Shown: piece after piece, positions 1 to 12,966 of the stretch
How the letters are laid out: the number at the start of each line of letters is the position of its first letter
How positions within the stretch are numbered: the first letter of the stretch is position 1
Assembly (NCBI RefSeq): GCF_004010195.1
Contig: NW_025213691.1
Span: forward strand, 1 to 35,051
Direction: 5' to 3'
Length of the DNA: 35,051 nt
DNA from: Chiloscyllium plagiosum
Lineage: Eukaryota
Position numbers and translations under genes: made by a program
Notes under the pieces: generated by a model
The model's database searches: none
Seen by the model: only the letters and a program-made list of their open reading frames with translations
What the model was told of the DNA's origin: nothing

Positions 1-30
1 CCTCCACACTGTAGAGGTTCTATGACAATG
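1..30 (+). mobile_element. 3' tail of HE1 SINE / HER1(CR1)-type LINE, cut by window edge
   Basis: CCTCCACACTGTAGAGGTTCTATGA resembles the HE1 3' end also seen at ~14835-14868 and, reversed, at ~2845-2866. Confidence 0.5.
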
Positions 31-440
31 ACATTAAATTTGGACTATACAAACACCCAGTGGGTATTTACCTCATCCACTCTGATCAAGGTCTTGTATG
101 TTTAATTCTCATTCCAAGAGTAACCTGTTAAAGGCACAGTTGGGTGGTTCATAAATAACAACAGAGTCAAGGATTATCGAGGAATGGGCAGCAATGCGCA
201 GTGTGGAGGGAAATGTAGACAGTGGTATCAAATAATACGGCTTGAGAACCTCCAGGAATATAATGCAAAATGAAATGATAATATCGTTAAAATGTTAAGG
301 GGAATACAAGATGGCGGCGATTCAGAAGGTCTGCTTTGCTGGGCTCTGCATCAACACACGGGCAAAGTGGTTCTCTAACCACCCCATCCCAGCCATTTAC
401 TTAAAATTCAAGAGCGATAGAATCTTTACTAATCCCGATG

Positions 441-709
441 GGGACAAACAAAGACTGATGGAAGCTTTCAGAACCCAGGGGAAAGCTCCGATGGGTTTAA
501 TTCACGAGAAATCCAGGATTATGCTCTTTCAGGACTTTTCAGTGACGGTGATTCAGGAAAGAAAATCTTTTGATGAGATCAAAAAAAGAGTAAGGGAACT
601 CTGGATTCAGTATTCCTTACGGTACCCAGCGGCGCTCTGTATTGCTTTCAATGGATCCACGAACTCGTCTGAGTCTGCAGAGAAAGCGAAAACTTTGTGG
701 ACATTTTAA
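441..709 (+). pseudogene. L1 ORF1p C-terminal remnant (Transposase_22/L1TD1-like)
   Basis: DKQRLMEAFR...IMLFQDFSVTVIQERKSFDEIKKRVRELWIQYSLRYPAAL carries the fish L1 ORF1p motifs FQDFS and Y-L-YPA. Confidence 0.85.
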
Positions 710-1253
710 AGTAAGCTGGATATTTAGATAATCCAGTTTCTCCTAAAGAAATTTTGTTGGATTTTTCTGATCTTAACCAGCATTACATTATAGCCGGGAA
801 TGGGTAGAGTACTCATTTTTAACTTCTTAATTGGTATTACTACTCTTTTTCTTTTTCTTTGCTTGTGTCTGGGGTGCAGCTCAAGCTGGAGGGAGTTACG
901 AAGGTAGTTGTAATGACTAGGTGCCGAACAAAGGGCAGTTCAAGCCCGATTTTTTTTGTTAATTGCCCTGGATTCCATATTGGTAGCGGGCACAAGATAA
1001 AGTCTTGAGATATGTAAGCGTCCCCAGTGGGCGGTGGGGGTAAATTCCCCAATCGAGTATCTTTGGCGTTTTGTATTATATTTCATTCTTTGTTTTTTTT
1101 ATATGTTTAGCTTTGGAAAGTTTTGAGAGCTTGTTAGTTGTAGTAGTTTTAGCTTGTACAGTTTTTAGGCTCAATGAGTCTTTTTTTCATTAATGATCAG
1201 CGATATGTAATTCGATGTGAAACTCTAGAGTTGAAATGTTGCTACAGTGTGTT

Positions 1254-3930
1254 ATGGATAATGATGGGCTTAAATGTTGTACCTGGAACATTAAGGGGAG
1301 CCATCTGCCAGTAAAGAGGAAAAATGTACTTTCTAGTCTTCAAAAAGGGAGGGTGGATGTTGTCCTATTGCAGGAGATGCACCTTGATGACAAGGAACAT
1401 TTGACGTTACAGCAGGGCGAGTTTGACCGGGTTTATTTTCTGTCTTTTAAGACTAGGAGTAGGGGAGAAGCCATACTAGCGAAGAAGAATCTTCCTTTTA
1501 AATTACTAAATTGTATTAGACACACACGGAAGGATCATTATCCCCAAAGTCTTGAACTATGGGAAATAATACAGTATTTTGAATGCTTATTGCCCACCGG
1601 CGCACCCTCTTAAAATCCTGGCAGATGCATTTTCCAAATTAAGTTATCTGTCATCGTGGCAAATTATTGTAGAAAGAGATTTCAACTGTCTTATGGACCC
1701 ACAGTGGACAGAATGTCCAAATGTCCCCCAATAACCTTGTTATAATGTAAGCAATTAGTGGATTTGTGTGCAGAACTAGAGTTGGTGGATGTCTGGAGGC
1801 AGATCTAGCTCACAAGTAGGGATTTTATTTTCTTCTTTAACCCGCACAAATGCCACACGAGGGTTGATCTCTTCCTCATCTCTGCAACAATCTTAGATAC
1901 GGTGGCATCCTACACAATTGGGAATATTACCCCAACATACCTGCACCAGATGTAAAATAGAAGTAACATAAGATTATGTTCTATGCAGATGAGGGTCTTA
2001 TGTTTTTTTTCAAATCCCACAGTTTCGGCAGCTCACGTTATGCGATGCATTTGTTGTCTTATCGCCTTTTCTGGCTATAAGATTACTTTTACAAAGTTTG
2101 TGGTCATGCCTATTGGAGGTGTCAGGGAAATACCTGATGTTGAAGGCAAATCCTAGTTTTCTTTCAGATGGTCACGGGGGTGGTTTCCCTATTTCTGTAT
2201 ATTCATTACATCACTCTTTGATCATTTATTTAACGTGAACTATGTCCATTTGTTTGACAAAATTAAACAAGACCTTCAAAGATGGGAGGCACTTCCAACA
2301 TCCTGGCAAGATCAGACAACTGTTCTTTAAATGAATGTCCTTCCTTATTTGCTATACCCCGTGTGAATGTTTCCTTTGATGTTTCCCAGACATATAGATA
2401 GGGGACTTAATGGCTGGTTTAGCTCTTTTATTTGGTACCGTCAGCGACTCTTTATCAAACTGCAACTACTCTACAGATTGTGGGGACGAGATCTCCCAGA
2501 TTAAAAGCTATCAATTAAGCTCTTTATTATCTTATGTTAGTGTCTGGGCCACTGAGGACTCGGTGTCAATACGGTTAGATATTGAACCCTCTCAGACAAA
2601 GTGAACCCTGACTAGTCTGCTGGTCTTAGACAAAATAACAACATTTTTGGAGTATTGCCATAACCCAATAATTATCAATACTGTTAAAGCATGAATGACA
2701 ATGCGTCAGATAGAGGCAATTCAACCAAAACCATGTTTCTTACCCCTGTAATTTGTATCCCGGGTTGTCAACCAGGGATAATGGATTCCAGATTTAAACT
2801 GTGGGTAGCCAGGGGCGTGCCTTGCTTGAGTGATTTAGAATTAGTAGAATCCCTACAGTGTGGATGCAAGCACATGGGCCCAGCAAGTCCGCTTCGACCC
2901 TTTGAAGAGTAACCCATCCAGACCCATTCCCCTACCATCCTATATTTACCCTGACTAATGCTCCAACCTACACATCCCTGAACACTACGGGTGATTTATC
3001 AATAGCCAATTCATCTAACCTGCACATCTTTGGATCCTGGTGCTGTGAGGCCGCAGTGCTATCTACTGAGCCAACATGTGTTATTTGAGGGAGAAAGAAA
3101 GACATCATTTGATCAAATGACTCATAAGTATGGACTACCTAGTAGGGAAATCTTCTGTTTTTTTTTCGATCAAAGCTTTGATTAAAAAAAAACACAGATT
3201 CTTACAGATCCGATAGAGAGAAGTGGATGCTTATTGCTTAGAATACACTCTCTGTCAGTACCCTTTATCATTAGTTGGAGTGTGTCCCCTCAGACGAGAC
3301 TGTGCAGCTTTGTGATGTCTGCGAGAGAGTGTTGAGAGTTCAGAACACCTCGGAGAGATGGGAGGACATTTGTGAAAATGCTTGAAGGATTTTGATCTGT
3401 AATAGGACCCATTCCATGCAGTTGAAAATTCTTCATAGGGTCTATCTGAACCCAGATTATCTCCCAAAATTCAAAGTGGGATTATTTTCAGCATGTCCGA
3501 AATGCAGAACGACGACAGGCACTCTTACTCATTGCTTGTGGTCCTGCTGCAGGCTTCATATATATTGGAGCACTGTGTCAGGTGTGATAGAGTAGGTCGA
3601 GGGGACTGAATTGGAGATGGACTTGGGTTCTCTTTTCCTGAGCCTGCCCAAGGTACTTTACACAGATGCACATGTGAAAAAATGCCCTTACTTTCTGTGC
3701 TAGGAAAAACATTCTGTCGTGTTGGATGTTTGAAACCACCACCCCCACCCCCACCCCAAACACCCACCCCGGGTCTGTTGGTTCGATGTAAGCTCTTCAT
3801 GGAGAACACCCAGTCGGATTTTCTCACCAGTATGGTGCACTAAAATACAGAGATTTATATAAGATATGGCAGACCTTTTTGGATTACCGTGATACAGGCT
3901 TATCTGCCACTCTCAGAAGGGGTTTATACA
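1254..3930 (+). pseudogene. L1 ORF2 remnant (EN, partial RT, CCHC) with many stops and frameshifts
   Basis: TWNIKG...VDVVLLQEMHL (APE EN); KIMFYADE at ~1970-1993 (decayed YADD); KIKQDLQRWEALP at ~2259-2297; CPKCRTTTGTLTHCLWSC at ~3494-3547. Confidence 0.88.
2837..3080 (-). mobile_element. HE1-family SINE inserted in L1 ORF2, internally deleted
   Basis: Reverse complement of the HE1 head (GCTCAGTAGATAGCACTGCGGCCTCACAGCACCAGGA) and tail (CCACACTGTAGGGATTCTA). It splits the L1 peptide CLSDL|FEGE. Confidence 0.88.
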
Positions 3931-4239
3931 GCCTTGACGATATTATGTAATGAATCTTATATCCAGAGAGGAAGAATAATGAACATAAAAATGGATATCA
4001 ATTAATGCCCTTGAAGAACGTGAGCTATCATTTTGTTACGATGAACTGCATTATTTATTCTTTATTTATTGTTTATTTTTGTTTTTCTTCTGTCCGTTTA
4101 GTGTTTTTAACGTGTTTTGTATGTATATACACATGGGTGTAATTTTTATCAGTTATTTGAGTTGTGTAATTATAATATTAAAAATCTTTTTTCAATAAAG
4201 ATATTTTTAAAAATATTAAAATGCTAACATTGGTAGAAT

Positions 4240-4428
4240 AAATGCCACAAGAACTCTCATTCGAGAGACCACTCATGGTGGTTTATCCTGAAGATCACCA
4301 CACCTCGGGTGATGGGGTGAGGTTGAGAGAGCGGCCCCTTCTTGGTAACCTCTGTCAGTGTGAGGAACTGACCCTGCGCTGTTGGCCTCCCTCTACATCA
4401 CAAACCTGCCGTCCACCCAACTGAGTGG
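4240..4428 (-). mobile_element. tRNA-derived SINE, non-HE1 family
   Basis: Minus strand begins CTCAGTTGG (A-box-like), then GGGTCAGTTCCTC (decayed B-box), then a body unrelated to HE1. Confidence 0.6.
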
Positions 4429-5103
4429 GAGACAGTATAACTGTTACACACAGAAACAGTCACAGACAAAGGATAAGAGAACAATTCATAACAAGGAAAG
4501 TGGTACAATTCAGGATAATGGCTGAGGGTAAAACGTTCTCTGCTCGAAATTGTATTTTATAACAAGACGTGTTTAGAAGCTATTTTTGGTTTAATATCAT
4601 TAATTTGAGTCAAGTGAAATAATCAGAATTACTAAGTGTGATCTATAACCATAAAATATGCGTAGATTTTTGTTTGGTCGAAGTAAAGCATGCTGACCCT
4701 TGCATGCAAGTATATAATTGATGGAGTGTACTGTGTGGAGAGTGTGTTCTATGGGAAATGCCCTAAAACAGGAGCTTGAAGAAAACTGGGGTAAATATAC
4801 CTGATTGCCATCTGGACAGTGACAGAAACCCAGGGGGTAGAATGACTGAAGGTTCCTGTAACACGGAGCTGAGAAAAGCATCAGATCAGCCGAGGAAAAC
4901 ATCAGATCAGCACGTTTGACGGGCTGAATGGCCTCAACATAGTTTGAAATGTGAGTGATTTGGAAAACATTCTCTCTATTCCTTCCTCTTATGTGTTACA
5001 CACTGGGGAACTGCCAGTTTCCTGAAACTGGGCATTATTTGGAACACTATCTGAAACATTCCATAATTGGTATTCTCTGGAATATTCTCTAACTGTATGG
5101 GGG

Positions 5104-5143
5104 GAGAGAGAGAGAGACAGAGAGAGAGATAGAAAGAGAGAGA
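5104..5143. repeat. (GA)n microsatellite
   Basis: Imperfect GA run; the paralog at 8949-8993 is longer and purer. Confidence 0.9.
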
Positions 5144-5144
5144 G

Positions 5145-5777
5145 CGAAGCTGCTGCATGCGGCAGTGAAAGTGGTGGAGCATGAGCCTTGTACCTGCTAT
5201 AACAGATATACAGTGAGTGTGAGGGAGCAGAGAGAATATGGTGACTCTGACCCTGACAAGCGGGGAAGGTTGTTGATGCTTGTCCTGTATTGTTGGACAT
5301 TTCTTCAGGCCGCAGATACTGTACTGAGCTAGGTGGTGAGCACAGACCATGCTCAGTGTGTCTTGTGGTATGGTCCCCTCTGGGAAGGGAATGGTCCCCA
5401 TCTATACTAGCCCATCCACGACGCACACCATGCACCGCCAACAAACTGTGGTAGAATTTCCCCTTATCTACTATGCTCTGGGTAAAATGTACAGGGCAGC
5501 TCCAAACTGAGAAAGCTCAGCTGTGTACCAGTTGGCCTTTGAAAGATTGCACCAGTGCCAGGGAACACGGAATATCTCGGGGCATCCGGGCGACTGTGAT
5601 TACCTCCAATCATGATTGGTGGGAGAATCGGGCTGGCATTCAATGAGAATGGGGTGGGGTGGGAGGGGTATTTAATGAGGTGAGTTCGATAAGAAACGAG
5701 CTCAGCCTCGTGCAGACAATCCCTCTGTCACACTCAATAAAAATGACACTGTGACAAATTACTGTTTTAAACAGCTC
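5145..5777 (-). mobile_element. Harbinger DNA transposon remnant carrying a decayed Myb/SANT-like exon (copy A)
   Basis: Homologous to 8994-9621 and 33355-34000. Minus-strand frames give pieces of a Harbinger Myb-like domain. Confidence 0.7.
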
Positions 5778-6026
5778 AATGAGCCGAAGACGCTCTTGTC
5801 CTCACTCCCAGTTACAAAGGTGCAGAATAAATGCTCAGTCAACTCTCTCCATCGCCTGAACTCACAGCAATATTCCATTCACTCATAATTCTTCATAATA
5901 CTGAACCTTGTTGCATGATACTATCGAAATGTCTTCATTTCAGCATTCTGAAACCTGCAAACATATCATTCAATGACATTTTTTCTCAGTCTGTCCCTCT
6001 GTCTCTATCCCGAAACACACGTATTT

Positions 6027-6987
6027 ACAGTCATACGTTTCTACTGCATGGAAACAGACCCTTCGACCCAGCTGGTCATTGCCTAACAAAATGCACATCC
6101 ACACTTACCCCATTTCCCTGCCCTTGCTCCTTTCCTATCCATGTATTTATCCAAATACCTTTTCAATGGTTTTATTGTACCCGCCCCAACCACTTCCACT
6201 GGCAGGTCAGTCCATATGCAAAACACACTCTGTAAAAAAGGTGACCCTCAGATTCCTTTTCATTTTTGTCCTCTCCAAACATTAACAGATGTCCTCTCGT
6301 CCTTGGTTCCACAAACTTGCAAAAAAAAATGAAATATTCACCCCTATGCATGGCTGTCATGTTTTGATAAGAGCTACACTTCTACATAAACCCCCTCAGT
6401 TTTCTACGCTGTAAAGAAATAAGTTCTAACCTGTCCAACTTTTCCCAATAACTCATACCCTTTAGCCCAGGAAAAATCTTTGTAAATTTCTTCTACACTC
6501 TTTCTAGTTCAATAATATCCTTTCTACGGCAAGGTGAAAAAAAAAATAGCACAATACTCCAACTGTAGCCTTACCAACATCCTGTACAACTGCAACATAA
6601 CGTTCCAACTTCTATATAAAATGCCCTGATGTAGACCAGTGTGCCAACAGTCTTCTTCACTTTCCTGTATATCTGCGACTCAAATTCAGACAACCGTGCA
6701 CCTGATTTCCAACATCCTTTTGTTCCACTATACTCCTTAAGGCCCTCTCATTCACCATTAAACTCCCACCTCAATTTGACTTTCCAAAAGACGTCACACT
6801 TATTTGTATTAAACTCCATTTGCTATTTCTCAGCCCACTTACCCAGCGGATCAAAGTACTGAGGCAATTTCTGATAACGTTCCTCACTGTAAACGATGCC
6901 TCCTATTTTAGTGTCATCTGCAAACTTACTAACCTTGCATTGTGCACTCTCGTCCAAATCATTGATATAGATAACAAACAGCAATGG
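6027..6987 (-). mobile_element. CR1-clade LINE, 3' part, running into the gap
   Basis: Minus strand PLLFVIYINDLDESAQCKVSKFADDTKIGG (RT FADD). CR1 3' end at ~6027-6080. Confidence 0.92.
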
Positions 6988-7132
6988 NNNNNNNNNNNNN
7001 NNNNNNNNNNNNNNNNNNNNNNNNNNNNNNNNNNNNNNNNNNNNNNNNNNNNNNNNNNNNNNNNNNNNNNNNNNNNNNNNNNNNNNNNNNNNNNNNNNNN
7101 NNNNNNNNNNNNNNNNNNNNNNNNNNNNNNNN
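6988..7132. other. Assembly gap (145 N)
   Basis: Run of N at the junction between the duplicate copies. Confidence 1.
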
Positions 7133-8052
7133 TGTGTCCCCTCAGACGAGACTGTGCAGCTTTGTGATGTCAGCGAAAGAGAGTGTTGAGGGTTCAGAAC
7201 ACCTCGGAGAGATGGGAGGACATTTGTGAAAATGCTCGAAGGATTTTTATCTGTAATAGGACCCATTGCATGCAGTTGAAAACTCTTCATAGGATCTATC
7301 TGACCCCAGATTATCTCCCAAAATTCAAAGTGGGATTATCTTCGAAATGCAGAATGACTACAGGCACACTTACTCATTGCTTGTCGTCCTGCTGCAGGCT
7401 TCATCTATATTGGAGCACTGTGTCAGGTGTGATAGAGTAGGTCGAGGGGAATGAATTGGACAAGGTTGTGGTTTCTCTTTTCCTGAGCCTGCCCAAGGTA
7501 CTTTATACAGATGCACATGTGAAAATATATCCTTACTTTCTGTGCTAGGAAAAGCATTCTGTTATGTTGGATGTCTGAAACACCCCCCCCCACCCCCCCC
7601 CGCCCCCAACACCCCGGGTCTGTTGGGCCGTCGTAAGCTCTTCATGGAGAATATACCTGTGGACTTTCTCACTAGCATGGTGCACCAAAAACAGAGATTT
7701 ATATAAGCATGGCAGACCTTTTTGGATTACCGTGATACAGGCGCACAGAAGGGCTTTTGTACAGCCATGACGATATTATCGAATGAATCTTATATCCAAA
7801 GAGGAAGAATAATGAACATAAAAATGGATATCAGTTAATGCCCTTGAAAAACGAGAGCTATCATTTTGTTACGCTGAGCTGCATTATTTATTCATTATTT
7901 ATTGTTTATTTTTGTTTTTCTTCTGTCTGCTTAGTGTTTTTAACTTGTTTTGTATATACATGCACATGGGTGTAATTTTGATCAGTTATTTGAGTTGTGT
8001 TATTATAATATTAATTTTTTTTTCAATAAAGATATTTTTAAAAATATTAAAA
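7133..8052 (+). mobile_element. L1 3' end (duplicate)
   Basis: ERWEDICENARRIFICNRTHCMQLKTLHRIY; AATAAA at ~8025-8030. Confidence 0.88.
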
Positions 8053-8074
8053 TGCTAACATTGATAGAATAGAG

Positions 8075-8258
8075 TCCGCAAGAACTCTCATTCGAGAGAC
8101 CAGTCATAGTGGTTTATCCTGAGGATTACCCCACCTCGGGTGATGGGGTGAGGTTGAGAGAGCGTCTCCTTCGTGGTAAGCTCTGTCCGTGTGAGGAACT
8201 GAACCTGCGCTGGTGTCCTCCCTCTACATCACAAACCGGCCATCCAGCCAAACTAAGT
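8075..8258 (-). mobile_element. tRNA-derived SINE, non-HE1 (duplicate)
   Basis: Paralog of 4240-4428; B-box-like GGTTCAGTTCC on the minus strand. Confidence 0.6.
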
Positions 8259-8945
8259 GTGCGATTATGTAACTGTTACAGACAGAAACCGCCACAGACA
8301 AAGGGCAAGAGAATCATTCATAACACGTAAAATGGTACAATTCAGATAACGGTCAGGATAACGGCTGAGGGTAAAAACGTTCTCTGCTCGAAATTGTATT
8401 TTATAACAAGACGTGTTTAGAAGCTTATTTTGGTTTAATATCATTAAGTTGAGTCAAGTGAATTAACCAGAATTACTAAGTGTGATCTGTAACCATAAAA
8501 TATGCGTAGATTTTTGTTTGGTCTGTGTAAAGCATGCTGACCATTGCATGAAAGTATATAGTTGATGGAATTTACTGTTATGAGAGCGCGTTCCATGGGA
8601 AATGCCCTAAAACAGGCGCTTGAAGAAAACTGGGGTAAATGTGCCTGAGTGCCGTCTGGACAGTGACAGGAACCCAGGGGGTTGAATGACTGAAAGTTCC
8701 TGTAATATGGAGCTGAGAAAAGCATCAGATCAGCCGAGGAAAGCATCAGATCAGCACGTTTGACGGGCTGAATGGCCTCAACATGGTTTGAAATGTGTGT
8801 GATTTGGAAAACGTTCTCTCTACTCCTTCCTCTTATGTGTTACACACTGGGGCACTGCCATTTTCCTGAAACTGGGCATTATTTGGAACACTATCTGGAG
8901 CATTCCATAATTGGTATTCTCCAGAATATTCTCTAACTGTATGGG

Positions 8946-8948
<3 letters not shown>

Positions 8949-8991
<43 letters not shown>

Positions 8992-8993
8992 GA
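8949..8993. repeat. (AG)n microsatellite
   Basis: Near-perfect AG run. Confidence 0.95.
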
Positions 8994-9621
8994 AACTGCT
9001 GCATGCGGCAGTGAAAGTGGTGGAGCAGGAGCCTTGTTCGTGCTATAACAGATATACAGTGAGTGTGAAGGAGCGGAGAGAATACAGTGACTCTTACCCT
9101 GACAGAGCGGGGAACGTTTTTGATGCTTGTCCTGTATTGCTGGACATTTCTTCAGGCCACAGATGCTGTACTGAGCTGGGTGGTGTGCACAGACCATGCT
9201 CAGTGGGTCTGGTGGTATGGCCCCCTCTGGGAAGGGAATGGTCCCCCTCTGTACTAGTCCATCCACTATGCACACCATGCACTGTCAACAAACTGTGGTA
9301 TAATTGCCCCTTATCTGCCATGCTTGGGGTAAAATCTACAGGGCAGCTCCAAACTGAGAAAGCTCAGCCATGTGCCCCTTGGCCTTTTAAAGATGGCACC
9401 AGTGGCAGGGAACACGGAATATCTAGGGGCATCCGGGCGACTGTGAGTACCTCCAATCATGATGGATCGGAGAATTGGGCTGGCATTCAATGAGAGGTGT
9501 GCGGGTGGGGGGTATTTAATGAGGTGAGTTCGATAAGAAACGAGCTCAGCCTCGTGCAGACAATCCCTCTGTCACACTCAATGAAAATGACACTGAGACA
9601 AATTACAGTTTTATGCAGTTC
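8994..9621 (-). mobile_element. Harbinger Myb/SANT-like remnant (copy B)
   Basis: Minus strand MADKG...VDGLVQRGTIPFPE, then a frameshifted RNVQQYR...RSVR ending at a canonical donor AGG|GTAAG (~9097). Confidence 0.72.
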
Positions 9622-9872
9622 AATGAGCCGAAGATTCTGTTGTCCTCACTCCTAGTTACAAAGCTGCAGAACAAATGCTCAGTCAACTGTCGCCATCGCC
9701 TGAATTCACAGCAATATTCTATTCACTCATAATTCTTCATAATACTGACCCGTGTTGCATGATACTATCGAAATGTCTTTATTACAGAATTCTGAAACCT
9801 GCGAACATATCATTCCATGACATTTTTTCTCAGTCTGTCCCTCTCTGTCTCTATTCCAAAACACACGTATTT

Positions 9873-12400
9873 ACAGTCATACGTTTCTATTGTATGGAAA
9901 CAGGCCCTTCGGCCCAGCTGGTCCATGCCGACCAAAATGTACATCCACACTCACCCCATTTCCCTGCCCTTGCTCCTTTCCTATCGATGTATTTATCCAG
10001 ATACCTTTCAATGTTGTTATTGTGCCCACCTCAACCACTTCCACTGGCAGCTCAGTCCATATGCAAAGCACACTCTGTGTAAAAAAGGTGACCCATCAGG
10101 TTCCTTTTTATTTTTGTCCTCTCCAAACCATAACAGATATCTACTAGTTTTTGGTTCCACAACCTTGCAAAAAAATTTCAAATATTCACCCCTGTACATG
10201 GCTCTCATGATTTGATAAGAGCTACACTTTTATATAAACCCCCTCAGCTTTCTACGCTGTAAAGAAATATGTTCTAACCTGTCCAACTTCTCCCTATAAC
10301 TCAGACCCTATAGCTCAGGAAACATCTTTGTAAATTTCTTCTACATTCTTTCTAGTTCAATAATATTCTTTCTAGGGCAAGATGAACAAAACTGAGCACA
10401 ATACTCCCACTGTAGCCTTACCAACATCCTGTACAACTGCAACATAACGTCCCAACGTTTATACTCAATGCCAGTGTGCCAACAGCCTTCTTTACTGTCC
10501 TGTATATCTGCGACTCAAATTCAGACAACCGTGCACCTGATTTCCAACATCCTATTGTTCCACTATACTCCTTAAGGCCCTCTCATTCACCGTTAAACTC
10601 CCACCTGAACTTGACTTTCCAAAATGCAAGACGTCACACTTATTTATATTAAACTCCGTTTGCTATTTCTCAGCTACTTCCCCAGCTGAGCACGGTACTG
10701 CTGCAATTTATGATAAAGTTCCTCACTGTAAACGATGCCTCCTATTTTAGTGTCATTTGCAAACTTACTAACCTTGCGTTGTGCACTCTGGTCCAAATCA
10801 TTGATATAGATAACAAATAGCAATGGGGACAGTACCGAATCCTGAGGCAATCCACTCGTCACAGGCCTCCAGTCCAACAAGCATACCAACACCATAGCCA
10901 CTTGCTTCATAATATCAAACCAATTGTGTCGCCAAATTGCCAGTTTACCTTGGAATCCATTCGATTTAACATTCTCGAGCGGCCTTCCATGTGGAATCTT
11001 ACAAAAGGCCTTACTGAAATCCATATAGACTATATCCGCCACCCTGCCCTCTTCAACGTTCCTGGTCACTTCCTCAAAAAACCTCTAACAAAATTTGTAA
11101 GGCATGATCTGCCTCGCACAAAGCTATGCTGACTGCTCCAAGTCAAACTCTGTCTTTCCAAATGCATGCATATCTTATATCTCCGAACCTTCTCAAGTGG
11201 TTTACCGAAAACAGATGTGAAGCTTACTGGTCTATATTTCCCAGGTATTTCTTTGCAAACCCTCCTTGAAGAAGGGCAGTACATTTGCTACCGCCAGTCT
11301 TCCGGCACCTTGGCCCTGAACTGTCTGCTCTCGCCTCTTGCAGTGCTCTTGGATATATTTGGTCAGACCTAAGAGATGTATCTGACTTTGTGCATTCTAA
11401 TATGTCCAACAGCACCTCTACTCTGATATGGACTGTTCCAAGATATCACAACTAATCTCCCAAAGGTCACAGGTCTTCATGTCTTTCTTCATGGTCAACA
11501 CAGAGGGGAAATTGAGGACCTCACCCATCTCTTGAGGTTTTACACATGCATGGCTATTTTGGATTTTAAGGCGTCCTATTCTCTTTCCACTTGTTTTTTT
11601 TCTTTACTGTAGTGAATTTGGATTCACCCTAATCTTCTCAGCCAAGGCTATCTCATACCCCCTTTTCGCCCTGCTGATTTCCTTCCTCGGTAATCTCCTG
11701 TATCCCCTGTGTACCTCCATGGAATCCCTTGATCCCAGCTGGCTGTACTTAAGCGATGCCTCCTTTTTGCTGGTCAGAGCCTCAATATCTTTTGTTATCC
11801 AGGGTGTTCTCTTCCAACTTCACTTTCCCTTCACCCTCACAGGAACATGTAAACCTTGAACTCGAGCTATCTCACTTTTACAGCCCTCCCTCGTACCCGA
11901 CATCATTTTACATGAAAACAAACTACTCCAATTAACCCCTGCAATCCCCTGTCTAGTTCCAACAAAATATGCCTTGCCCATATTTAAAACTTGAATCTGT
12001 GGACCAATTCTGTCCCTCCCATAACTATTTTAAACTTAATATAACGTTAGTCACTTTTCCCAAAATACTTCCCCACTTTACCACCGTCACCTATCCATCC
12101 CTATTTCCCAACAGTAGGTCGAATTTGTCCCTTCCAGTGAAGGACCCTTTACATACTGCTTGGGGAAACCTTCCTGAACAAACTTAAGAAATTACGTTCC
12201 ATCGAAGTTCTTAACCATCTGGATGTCCCAGTCTATGTTAGGAAAATTTCAATCACTTATTATGACAATCCTAATGCTCCTGCTACTCTCACCAGTTTCC
12301 TTGCATATTTGTTTCTCCAAATCCCATTGATGATTTGGAGGCTTATAGTGCAACCACTATAACATCACCATTCCCCTTTACTTCCTTGCACCATTCACAA
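9873..12400 (-). mobile_element. CR1-clade LINE, decayed (3' end, RT, part of EN)
   Basis: YRPVSFTSVFGKPLE, VYMDFSKAF, SGLPQDSVLSPLLFVIYINDLD, KFANDTK; EN remnant near 12240-12390. Confidence 0.92.
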
Positions 12401-12966
12401 AATCTAAACGGATATTCTCTCAGTTATTTCATCATCAAATACTTGTGTGATACTCGCCTTAATCAGAACTATTGGTATTTCAACTGTTTCCATTTACATC
12501 TCTCCCTTGCAATGATTTTCACATCTGCAGCAAAACTTGTCAAGGTACAGTGGAGATATGGAGCTCTAACTGGATGGGAGTTGCACATCCTGTTACTTCT
12601 TGCATGGGCTGCAAGTTTCCCCACATTGGGCAGTGATCTCACACAGTGTTACCGAAAAATGGAAGAGCCTGTGTTTATATATGAATGACCCAGTCCGGTT
12701 TGCACAGCTCCCCACGCTGGACATTTATCCCAGCATTATAGGTCAAGTATTGGTGTGGGCTGCACAGAGTTCCATTCTGGATATTGCATTCAGCAGTACG
12801 ATAGCCATATCGACACAGTGCTTCATCCTGAATGTACAATGGACGGGCTGGTTATGTGAGTTTGATTGCGAATGTGAGAGATTTAAACATCTGACAATGC
12901 CTTTATTTTGTGTTTTCATTTTTGTCATTGGACCCTTCAAATCCTGACTCATCCTTAGACCCATCC

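Larger units (their letters stand above)
430..4221 (+). mobile_element. Degenerate L1-clade LINE (5'-truncated, internally deleted)
   Basis: Contains the ORF1p C-terminus, a T-rich inter-ORF spacer, APE endonuclease, an RT remnant, the CCHC knuckle, AATAAA at 4194-4199 and an A-rich tail. Confidence 0.9.
3281..6987. repeat. Tandem segmental duplication, copy A
   Basis: Colinear with 7133-10826 across the L1 3' end, SINE, unique DNA, Harbinger remnant and CR1. Roughly 90-95% identical by eye. Confidence 0.92.
7133..10826. repeat. Tandem segmental duplication, copy B
   Basis: TGTGTCCCCTCAGACGAGAC at 7133 matches 3281; GCAATGG ending at 10826 matches 6987. Confidence 0.92.

Noticed and set aside
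4976..5444. 141-151 aa ORFs (and paralogs at 8820-9493)
   Set aside because: Read-through of the Harbinger remnant and GA microsatellite; frames are not preserved among the three copies.
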